A DNA stretch of 64,000 nt from Eledone cirrhosa (taxonomy: Eukaryota), in NCBI GenBank assembly GCA_964016885.1, contig OZ024741.1, positions 369,334,001-369,398,000 on the forward strand. The letters run 5' to 3'. The translations under genes and the position numbers were made by a program. Positions 24,657 through 36,289 of the stretch are shown here, in pieces. Each line of letters starts with the position of its first letter. Position 1 is the first letter of the stretch. The notes under the pieces are model-generated. The model was given only the letters and a program-made list of their open reading frames with translations, was not told the origin of the DNA and made no database searches.

Positions 24657-25560
24657 AAGGAGAAACAAAACAAAAAAAATGTTCTAACTTGTCTTGTATA
24701 TGTTTTATTATAGAGTTGATATAATGGGTTTGAATAGGGGACGGGGGATAGGGGGCAGGGGTGGGGGATGAATGGGTGCTCTTCCTAATTGGCAAATGTC
24801 TTTAAAAAAACAAAAAACAAAGATATGATTTTAAAAAAAGATAAATAAAAAATATGGAGAACAATATATTAAAATAACAATAATAATAATAATAATAAAA
24901 TTGAATAAATACATAAAACAAAATAAACAATGTATAAATAAAAAGGAAAAGGAATTGATAGTGAGATGAGACCAAGGGAAGAATGCTTCCGTTGGTCTTT
25001 CCATTGCTGATATTATATACCGGTTGCAACTCCTGACGGAGCAACGTCGAATGAAGTTTCTTGCTCAAGAACACAGTCGAGGAATAGAACCCACAACTTT
25101 GTGATTGTCAGTCATCCACCCTGACCACTAGACCAAGTGATATATATATTGAAATCATCTCAATAAGCTGAAATATTTCCAATAATGGATTTTTGAAACA
25201 ACCAAAAAAAAACCCCCCCAGAAAATTTTCATTTCCTGTTTAATCGTTACTAAAAATTAACCTGATTCAAACTTCTTTATTAATTATGGGTTATGATGAC
25301 GGGGATGCTGAATATCATTATTATTATTATTATCATTATTAATGGTGGTGGATTGGCAGTAATTGGTAGAGCATCGGACAACATGCTTTGCAGCACAGAG
25401 TTACGGCCCTTTACGTTCTGGGTTCTAATCCCGCCGAGGTTAACTTTACTTTTCATCTTTACAGGGTCGATAAAATAAAGTACCAGTAATACACTGGGGT
25501 TGATTTAATTAACTTTCCCCTCCTTCAAGGCTGTTGCCGTCTGCCTAAATCAGAAACCAC

Positions 25561-25594
<34 letters not shown>

Positions 25595-25937
25595 TTGTTT
25601 TATTAATTTGCTTCTTCCATTCCCCTCTAAATTTTATTTTTTCCTTTTGTTATTTTCTTTTATTTAATATATTTTTGTTTATAATTCTAGTTAAAACACT
25701 TTAATTTTTTAAAGGAGCAAAACAAAAGCACAAACAGAATAGTCAAAAGAAATAAATGGAATTAATACAGAAAAAAACCCCAGTTTATGGGGCTTAATAC
25801 AAATGTTGGTGGGTGGGTGGGAGAGGACAACCCCATCATTGTAAATGAAATGAAATTGGGAAGACTTAGAATCTTTAGTAACTCAATTGCTTTCCAAATT
25901 CCCTTTAGTTGCAAAAAAGTTATACACTATATGTTTG

Positions 25938-26250
25938 TATATATCCTATAGGGATATATACAAGGATTCAGTGTTGCATCGTAACATATTTAATAACATA
26001 TTACATATCTTTCTCTATCGATCAGCTCAAGGCAACACATATTATAGATCGAACCTGACTCTATAATAGGTCTTTCCTCGAGCTGATTGATAGTGAAACA
26101 TATGTAATATGTTATTAAATATGTTATGATGCAACACTGAATCCTTCTCCTTATTCCTATAGGATATATAGTATTATACTCTGCTCTGCATGAGCATTGA
26201 GTGCTCAACCAGCATACCGCCTGCGGGCGCAGTTTTCTTGCAACCGTACC
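25938..26250. mobile_element. Fold-back element (family of 4187-4410), both arms truncated inside the HHR
   Basis: 25938-26030 mirrors 26075-26170; ..gatagtGAAAcatatgTAatatgt; tail ttatactctgctctgc.. matches 4333-4405. Confidence 0.75.
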
Positions 26251-26254
26251 ACTA

Positions 26255-28041
26255 TATATATATAAGTATGTATACGTACATACATATATGTATAGAGACG
26301 TACAGTAGTATGTATATATATATATATACATGCACACATATATATATGTACGTATGGATTCACCGAACATTTATTATAATGCTCGGTGTGTTTGTAAACA
26401 AACATCCCGTATTAAGCCGTCGTGTCCAGTAACCATCGTTGCTCATTTGTTCAACACTGACAAAGGAACGCTGTACTAGTTTCAAGCTTATTAGCTATCG
26501 TCAGCAACGTATACCTTCCTGCCAGATTGTTGAACGTATATACTTACCTTATGCATATTAATGGCTGAGTAGCCCAATTTGCATATCGAGTAGGTTACTC
26601 GGCCGGGTGCACCGAAAACGATAAACGGAAAAAATGAAACGAAATTTCATTTCCCACTCTTACTACGGCTGTTACTTAAACATAAGTATGTACACGTACA
26701 TACATATATGTATACAGACGTACAGTAGTATGTATATATATATACATACATGCACACATCTATATATGTACGTATGGATTCACATAACATTTATTATAAT
26801 GCTCGGTGTGTTTGTAAACAAACATCCCGTATTAAGCCATAGAGTCCAGCAACCATTGTTGCTTATTTGTTCAACACTGACAAAGGAACGCTGTACTAGT
26901 TTCAAGCTTATTAGCTATCGTCAGCAATGTATACCTTCCTGCCAGATTGTTGAACGTATATACTTACCTTATGCATATTAATGGCTGAGTAGCCCAATTT
27001 GCATATCGAGTGGGTTACTCGGCAGGGTGCACCGAAAACGATAAACGGAAAAAATGAAACGAAATTTCATTTCCCACTCTTAGTACAGCTGTTACTTAAA
27101 TATAAGTATGTACACCTACATACGGCTTAATACGGGATGTTTGTTTACAAACACACCGAGCATGATGATAAATGTTCGGTGAATCCATATGTACATATAT
27201 GTATGTATGTATATATATATACATACTACTGTACGTCTGTATACATATATGTATGTACGTGTACATACTTATATTTAAGTAACATCCGTACTAAGAGTGG
27301 GAAATGAAATTTTGTTTCATTTTTTCCGTTTATTGTTTTCGGTGCACCCGGCCGAGTAACCCACTCGATATGCAAATTGGGCTACTCAGCCGTTAATATG
27401 CATAAGGTAAGTATATACGTTCAACAATCTGGCAGGAAGGTATACATTGCTGACAATAGCTAATAAGCTTGAAACTAGTACAACGTTCCTTTGTCAGTGT
27501 TGAACAAACGAGCAACGATGGTTACTGGACACTACGGCTTAATACGGGATGTTTGTTTACAAACACACCGAGCATTATAATAAATGTTCGGTGAATCCAT
27601 ACGTACATACTACTGTACGTCTGTATACATATATGTATGTACGTATACATACTTATATTTAAGTAACAGCCGTACTAAAAGTGGGAAATGAAATTTCGTT
27701 TCATTTTTTCCGTTTATCGTTTTCGGTGCACCCGGCCGAGTAACCCACTCGATATGCAAATTGGGCTACTCAGCCGTTAATATGCATAAGGTAAGTATAT
27801 ACGTTCAACAATCTGGCAGGAAGGTATATGTTGCTGACGATAGCTAATAAGCTTGAAACTAGTACAGCGTTCCTTTGTCAGTGTTGAACAGACGAGCAAC
27901 GATGGTTGCAGGACACTATGGCTTAATACGGGATGTTTCTATACAAACACACCGAGCATTATAATAAATGTTCGGTGAATCCATACGTACATATATATAT
28001 GTGTGCATGTATATATATAATACTACTGTACGTCTGTATAC

Positions 28042-28074
<33 letters not shown>

Positions 28075-28433
28075 CGTGTACATACTTATATTTAAGTAAC
28101 AGCCGTACTAAGAGTGGGAAATGAAATTTTGTTTCATTTTTATCGTTTTCGGTGCACCCGGCCGAGTAACCCACTCGATATGCAAATTGGGCTACTCAGC
28201 CATTAATATGCATAAGGTAAGTATATACGTTCAACAATCTGGCAGGAAGGTATACGTTGCTGACGATAGCTAATAAGCTTGAAACTAGTACAGCGTTCCT
28301 TTGTCAGTGTTGAACAAATGAGCAACGATGGTTGCAGGACACTATGGCTTAATACGGGATGTTTGTTTACAAACACACCGAGCATTATAATAAATGTTCG
28401 GTGAATCCATACGTACATATATATGTGTGCCTG

Positions 28434-28477
<44 letters not shown>

Positions 28478-28990
28478 CTACTGTACGTCTGTATACATAT
28501 ATGTATGTACGTGTACATACTTATATTTAAGTAACATCCGTACTAAGAGTGGAAAATGGAATTTTGTTTCATTTTTTCCGTTTATTGTTTTCGGTGCACC
28601 CTGCCGAGTAACCCACTCGATATGCAAATTAGGCTACTCAGCCGTTAATATGCATAAGGTAAGTATATACGTTCAACAATCTGGCAGGAAGGTATATGTT
28701 GCTGACGATAGCTAATAAGCTTGAAACTAGTACAGCGTTCCTTTGTCAGTGTTGAACAAACGAGCAACGATGGTTGCTGGACGCTACGGCTTAATACGGG
28801 ATGTTTGTTTACAAACACACCGAGCATTATAATAAATGTTCGGTGAATCCATACGTACATATATATATATGCGTGCATGTATGTATATATATATATATAC
28901 ATATATGTATGTACGTGTACATACTTATATTTAAGTAACAGCTGTACTAAAAGTGGGAAATGAAATTTTGTTTCATTTTTTCCGTTTATT
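26255..28990. repeat. Non-coding tandem array of ~385-440-bp units, one minimal HHR each; 2 units minus then 4 plus (retrozyme-like)
   Basis: HHR acgttg-CTGACGA-tagctaataagctt-GAAA-ctag-TA-cagcgt at 26468-26510(-), 26888-26930(-), 27444-27486(+, core CTGACAA), 27828-27870(+), 28254-28296(+), 28696-28738(+); inversion point about 27120. Confidence 0.92.
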
Positions 28991-28991
28991 A

Positions 28992-31397
28992 GTATATATA
29001 TATGTAGGATATGAGTTTTATTGTAGTACAATAAAGCAATGCAGATATCGGATAAGTAGCGCTCTACAGTTTGTAGGACTGGAGTATCAATAATATATAA
29101 GATCAAAAGATGGTTAAAAGAGTTCCATGTATTTTATTATGCGCATTTCAAAAACAAATATCATCATGCGGTGACATTTGCGTTTTCGTCAGATAAAATA
29201 GGGAGACATGATAAGAAGGTTAAAAAACACTTGTGAATAGTGCAGTTTTAAATCAACATATGAAAAGTAGTTTTAGATTGATGTGTGATATTGGGAAAAA
29301 ATGAGGGGGGGGGGTGAAAAAGAGGAGTGAGAGTAAAGAATGGAGGGGGAGGAGTATAATTAGGAGAGAGAGATAGCTTTTATAACTGAGAAAAATATAT
29401 TGTTTTACATAGAGAGGTTAAAAAACCGTTGGAAGATAATATATAAATTAAAAGAATTTGAAGATTAACGAAGAGAAAAATTTAAGAATAATGTTAAATT
29501 AATGTTTGTATATTGAAGGGTTTAATAATATGTGCGATGAAAAGAAATTGTTAATATGTATTAAGAATAATATTTAAGGGTTTAATAATATGTGCGATGG
29601 AAAGAAATTGTTGATATGTATTATTAAAAATATTAAAAATATAACAACTAATGTAATTAAGTATATATTGTGAAAAGAAGTAGAAGAGTGGATGGATATG
29701 TGTAATATGTATAAGTTAGATGCGCATGAAAGGGAGAAAAAATAATGAATTGAGGATGAATAATCTAATGTCAAAAAAATGTTTATGTTTACGAAGGATT
29801 TTTCAAGGTGATATTATAAAGTATTTAAAAGGGTAAGGATATATTGTGGTGAGTAATAATGAGAATTGAGAAGTATCTAGGCAGAAAAGGTACAGATTAG
29901 AGGTTAGAAATTAAAAGAAAGAAAGGGAAGTGATATAGAATGAGTAACTAGTATTATATAATGTATAATAAATAACATTGAAATAAGGTAGAAAGATGGG
30001 TATATTTTAAAAGAAATATATATGTGCCTTTGAAAAAAGGATTTTAAAATGGTAAAGTATTAGATATTAGCTGTATACTTTATGGAATGTTCTGTGGAAT
30101 TTATGCAAGCAGAGAGAAAACAAGTCAGTGCATCTATTTATTATAGAATCTAAATTAGATATAATGGTAAATTTTTCACATAAACAGAGATTACATGTCT
30201 TGGATAGAGAAGCAGAACAAACCTTCCTCCAAGAGATGTTATAGTTAATATTTTTGTCTTTCAAGGACCATATGAGTTCTGAGAGTGCCGTGTTGGTTCT
30301 TTTAAGTTGGTATTTAAAAGACGAATGATGATTATAAAGACGAGCTTTAAAGGAGGTGGAAGTGGAGCCAAAATAGGTAAAGGAATTGGTGTCAGTTATA
30401 ACTTTACATTCGTAGATTAAGTTTTTTTCAAGACAATGGTTGTTGAGAGGACATTTATTTTTAACAGGGCAATTACTATTGCGATTAGAGAAATTAACAG
30501 AGTTATTAACAAGTGACCTAGTGTTATCTACAGAAGGAATTGGATTGGAGAAGTTATTTAAGATAGGAATAAGAGTTTCTTGATTTAGAATGGGATTAAG
30601 AACATTTAACGAAGTTGCGTTTGACGTATTTGGGTTTGCAGAAATTAGCCTAGAGTTAACAATGACGTCGGCAGTACTATTATTATGATATTCAGTGTTG
30701 GAAGGAAGAGATTTAGTATTTAGTATTTTATTGTTGTGTTTAGAGATAATATTGGAGATGTTGCAGGAGGTCATCCACTCTTCTACTTTTTTTCACAATA
30801 TATCCTTAATTACATTACTATTGTTATATTTTTAATAATACATATCAACAATTTCTTTCCATCGCACATTTTATTAAACCCTTAAATATTATTCTTAATA
30901 CATATCAACAATTTCTTTTCATCGCACATATTATTAAACCCTTCAATATACAAACCTTAATTTAACATTATTCTTAAATTTTTCTCTTCGGTAATTTTCA
31001 AATTCTTTTAATTTATATATTATCTTCCAACGGTTTTTTAACCTCTCTATGTAAAACTATATATTTTTCTCAGTTATAAAAGCTATCTCTCTCTCTCTAT
31101 CACCCATCTCTCATCCTTCCTTATTATACTTCTCCCCCTCCGTTCTTTACTCTCATCTCCTCTTTTTTATCCTCCCCCCCCCCCCCCCTCTTTTTCCCAG
31201 TATCACACATCAATCCAAAACTACTTTTTATATGTTGATTTAAAACTACTATTCGCAAGTGTGTTTTAACCTTCATATCATGTCTCCCTATTTTATCTGA
31301 CGAAAACGCAAATGTCATCGCATGATGATATTTGTTTTTGAAATGCGCATAATAAAATACATGGAACTCTTTTAACCATCTTTTGATCTTATATATT
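28992..31397 (-). mobile_element. PLE copy A: 5'-truncated GIY-YIG region plus 3' UTR, with inverted arm 30772-31397; HHRs 29130-29200(-) and 31289-31359(+)
   Basis: ORF 30067-30774 (CPLNNHCL..YFGSTSTSFKARLYNH..CNLCL); HHR tattttat-CTGACGA-..-GAAA-tgcgca-TA-ataaaata. Confidence 0.93.
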
Positions 31398-32474
31398 ATG
31401 TATGTATATATATGTATGTATGCCTTTGCTCACTATAAGAGCTTCACGGCACAGGCATTGCTTTATATCTGGAGATCTCTCTGCACTTGTCGTCACATGG
31501 TACCATGGGCCCAGCACTATGTGTCAATAATTGTCACAAGTGTAGTGTTTGTACCAGAGTTTTCAAGTCGCTGGCTGGACTAAAAAGTCACACTCGTTCA
31601 GCGCATCGGTAGGGGTTCTCCTACATGGATATAAAGTAGTGGCCGTACACGAAAACGAGTTGGCAGCCACCATGTATATATATATATATGTATATATATA
31701 TATGTGTGTGTATATATATATATATGTATGTATATGTGTATATATGTATATATATATTTATATGTATGTATATATATATTTATATGTATGTATATATATA
31801 TTTATATATATGTATGTATATGTATATATATATACATGTATATATCTATATATGTATATATATAAATGTATGTATATAAATGTATGTATATATATATATA
31901 TAAATGTATGTATATATATATATATAAATGTATGTATATATATATATATAAATGTATGTATATATGTATGTATATATATATATATAAATGTATGTATATA
32001 TGTATGTATATATATATATATAAATGTATGTATATATATATATATAAATGTATATATGTATGTATATATATATATATAAATGTATATATATATGTATGTA
32101 TATATATATATATATAAATGTATATATATATGTATGTATATATATATATATATAAATGTATATATATATGTATGTATATATATATATATATAAATGTATA
32201 TATATATGTATGTATATATATATATATATAAATGTATATATATATGTATGTATATATATATATATATAAATGTATATATATATGTATGTATATATATATA
32301 TATATAAATGTATATATATATATGTATGTATATATATATTTATGTATATGTATATATATAAATGTATGTATATATATAGATGTATGTAAATATATAAATG
32401 TATGTAAATATATGTATGTATATATATATGTGTGTATATGTATATATATGTACATAATATATAGATATATGTAT

Positions 32475-32870
32475 ATAACGAAGGAAATGTGGTAAGGAAC
32501 CAGGTGGACCATAACGCACCAAAGTACTCAATACTTAGGGTGGTAGAGTGGGTAATAGGAACGAGTAGGACCCCGACGGCTGAGCTCAAGCCGTTTTGAA
32601 TTAGCCGTCAAAACGGCTTGAGCTCAGCTGTCGGGGTCCTACTCGTTCCTATATGTATATCTATATATGTCTATATGTATATATGTGTGGCTGAGTGGTT
32701 AGAGAATTGAATTCGCAATCGTAAGGTTGTGAGTTCGATTCCTGGACCAGGTGATGCGTTATGTCCTTGAGCAAGACACTTTATTTCACGTTGCTCCTTC
32801 TACCTGGAGTTGCGACCGATAGATAGTATTAGCAATTGGAAAGACCAACGGAAACATTGTTCCTTAAATA
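32475..32870 (+). repeat. ~45-bp-arm hairpin element plus tRNA-SINE; duplicated at 34490-34910, SINE tail again at 43375-43490
   Basis: ataggaacgagtaggacccc...ggggtcctactcgttcctat hairpin (32555-32653); tggctgagtgg and gttcgattcc boxes. Confidence 0.85.
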
Positions 32871-32955
32871 TATGTATATATATATATTTATATGTATATA
32901 TATATATATATACATGTATATATATATTTATATATGTATATATATATATGTATAT

Positions 32956-34060
32956 AGAAAAAGAGATGAAATCGAAAATGCAACTGGAGTCTTATTTAAA
33001 AAATATATATATATATTTATTTGGTTCCTTTACCGGTTTCGCAGTTCTTCTGCTTTTTAAAAGGTGAGTTGAGATGGAGGGTCTGTGGTTTTTCTCACAT
33101 CTGGTTGTTCTCTGAATGTTACTTGTTTTATATGGAAAAAGTGGCTCGAAATGCCGGGTTTTTCGAGAAGTAATTTGATTGGTTTGTCAATAATTATAAT
33201 AAATTTCGCGCCAGTTCGCGTTACAATAGTTCTTCAAATAAGGGGGGGGGTGTCACATGTTGTTTTTTCATATATGAGTGTTTGAATTTCTTTTTACTTG
33301 AAAAAAGGAGGCTCACGAAAGCCTTCATGAACCACCTTTTTTAAAGTAAAGAAATTCAAACACGCACACAAATAAATATACATATCTTTACTTTCTTTAT
33401 TCAATAGAAAATCTGAATTCTGACACCCCAGCGAACTAACCATATTCACTGAACCAGAACAATTCTCCCATCCCTTTCTCTTGACCATTATCTTTCACTT
33501 ATCAAAAAATTCTCTAAAAAGGCTACAGAATGGATTTCCAAATAAGGGCACAAAAATTTAATGAAAACTTGTTCACGTGACAGCCATAATTTCATTTATA
33601 ACCAACCCCAAAAAAGCCTTCGTGAGCCTCCTTTTTTCAAGTAAAAAGAAATTCAAACACTCATATAGGAAAAAACAACCTGTGACAACCCCCCCCCCCC
33701 CCCCCCCCCTCTTATTTGAAGAACTATTGTAACGCGAACTGGCGCAAAATTTATAATTATTGACAAACCAATCAAATTACTTCTCGAAAAACCCGGCATT
33801 TCGAGCCACTTTTTCCATATAAAACAAGTAACATTCAGAGAACAACCAGATGTGAGAAAAACCACAGACCCTCCATCTCAACTCACCTTTTGAAAAGCAG
33901 AAGAACTGCGAAACCGGTAAAGGAACCAAATAAATATATATATTTTTTTTAAAAATAAGACTCCAGTTGCATTTTCGATTTCATCTCTTTTTCTTTATAC
34001 TTTCACTCGTGTAGGACACCTCGGTTATTTTTCATTTTATAAAAAAAACCTCACTTTCTA
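32956..34060. mobile_element. Fold-back (~375-bp arms, ~285-bp spacer) with U3-A8 HHR at 33886-33923(+)
   Basis: cctt-TTGAAAA-gcagaagaactgc-GAAA-ccgg-TA-aagg; mirror copy 33027-33064 has a damaged core (TTAAAAA). Confidence 0.8.
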
Positions 34061-34925
34061 ATATATATATATATATATATATGTATATCTATATGTAAAT
34101 GTAAATGTATATATATACATATATATATGTATATATATATATATATATGTATATCTATATGTAAATGTATATATATATATATATGTATACATATATATAT
34201 GTATATATATATGTATGTGTATATGTATATATATATGTATGTATATATATGTGTATGTATGTATATATTTATATATGTATGTATATATATGTATATATTT
34301 ATATGTATATATTTATGTATATATATATGTGTATATATATATACATATATATATGTGTATATATATATATGTATATATATACATATATATATGTATATAT
34401 ATATAGATAGATAAATATACACGGGTGTGTATGATTGTGTATAGAAGATTATATTAATAAGAGGAATTCCAACTTTGTCTGATTTATATATATAACGAAG
34501 GAAATGTGGTAAGGAATCAGGTGGACCATAACGCACCAAAGTACTCAATACTTAGGGTAGTAGAGTGGGTAATATGAACGAGTAGGACTCCGGCGGCTGA
34601 GTTCAAGCCGTTTCGAATTAGCCGTCGAAACGGCTTGAGCTCAGCTGTCGGGGTCCTACTCGTTCCTATATGTATGTATATATATATGTTCCGTGTGGCT
34701 GAGTGGTTAGAGAATTGTATTCGCAATCGTAAGGTTGTGAGTTCGATTCCTGGACCAGGTGATGCGTTATGTCCTTGAGCAAGACACTTTATTTCACGTT
34801 GCTCCTTCTACCTGGAGTTGCGACCGATAGATAGTATTAGCAATTGGAAAGACCAACAGAAACATTGTTCCCCCGGTCCGATTTGACGCAAGTCGATCGT
34901 TCCTTAAATATATATGTATGTATAT

Positions 34926-34957
<32 letters not shown>

Positions 34958-35084
34958 GTACATATATATATATATGTACATATATGTATATATATATATG
35001 TACATATATATGTATATATATATATAAATATTTATATATATATATGTGTATATATATATAAATATTTATATGTATATATATATG

Positions 35085-35116
<32 letters not shown>

Positions 35117-35367
35117 CATGTAGATATATATATGTATATATATATATGTGTATATATATATGTGTATATATATATGTATATATAGATATATATGTATATA
35201 TTTATATATATATATGTATATATAGATATATATGTATATATTTATATATATATATGTATATATAGATATATATTTATATATGTATGTATATATTTATATA
35301 TATATATGTGTATATATATACATATATATGTATATATATATATATACACACACATATATATATATAC

Positions 35368-35398
<31 letters not shown>

Positions 35399-35424
35399 CA
35401 CATATATATATGTATATATATATA

Positions 35425-35850
35425 GATAGATAAATATACACGGGTGTGTATGATTGTGTATAGAAGATTATATTAATAAGAGGAATTCCAACTTTGTCTG
35501 ATTTACTCGTTTTATTTACAATCCTTTAAAATATATAATGGTATTATAATGAAATAGTATGATAGAATATTAAATTCTAAGTGTTAATTGAACAAGTACT
35601 TTCATGCTTTCGCAATCTTCAGGTACATAATATGTGGTGACAGTCAAGTTTGCAATTTTCATGCAAACTCGACTGTCACCACATATTATGAACCTGAAGA
35701 TTGTGAAAGCATGAAAGTACTTGTTCAATTAACACTTAGAATTTAATATTCTATCATACTATTTCATTCTAATACCATTATATATATTTTAAAGGATTGT
35801 AAATAAAACGAGTAAATCAGACAAAGTTGGAATTCCTCTTATTAATATAT
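35425..35850. repeat. Fold-back palindrome (~185-bp arms, ~7-nt loop) with an HHR-like core remnant
   Basis: 35469-35658 mirrors 35666-35848; g(t/a)ac-CTGAAGA-ttg(c/t)-GAAA-gcatgaaa-gtac lacks a clear NUH site. Confidence 0.85.
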
Positions 35851-35873
35851 ATATGTATATATATATATTAATA

Positions 35874-35941
<68 letters not shown>

Positions 35942-36017
35942 CATATATATATATACACATATATATATATATACATATATATATATACACATATATATAT
36001 CTATATGTATATCTATG

Positions 36018-36095
<78 letters not shown>

Positions 36096-36289
36096 TACAT
36101 AGATATACAAATAGATATATATATATACATATAGATATATATATATACATATATATATACATATGTATACATATATATGTATATGTATATATATATACAT
36201 ATATATATACATATGTATATGTATATATATATATGTATGTATATATATATATGTATGTATATATATATATATGTATATATATAGAAATT

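Noticed and set aside
24657-25930. Exact Rab35 polyadenylation site
   Set aside because: Several AATAAA hexamers occur in AT-rich sequence with two SINE insertions; it cannot be chosen without transcript data.
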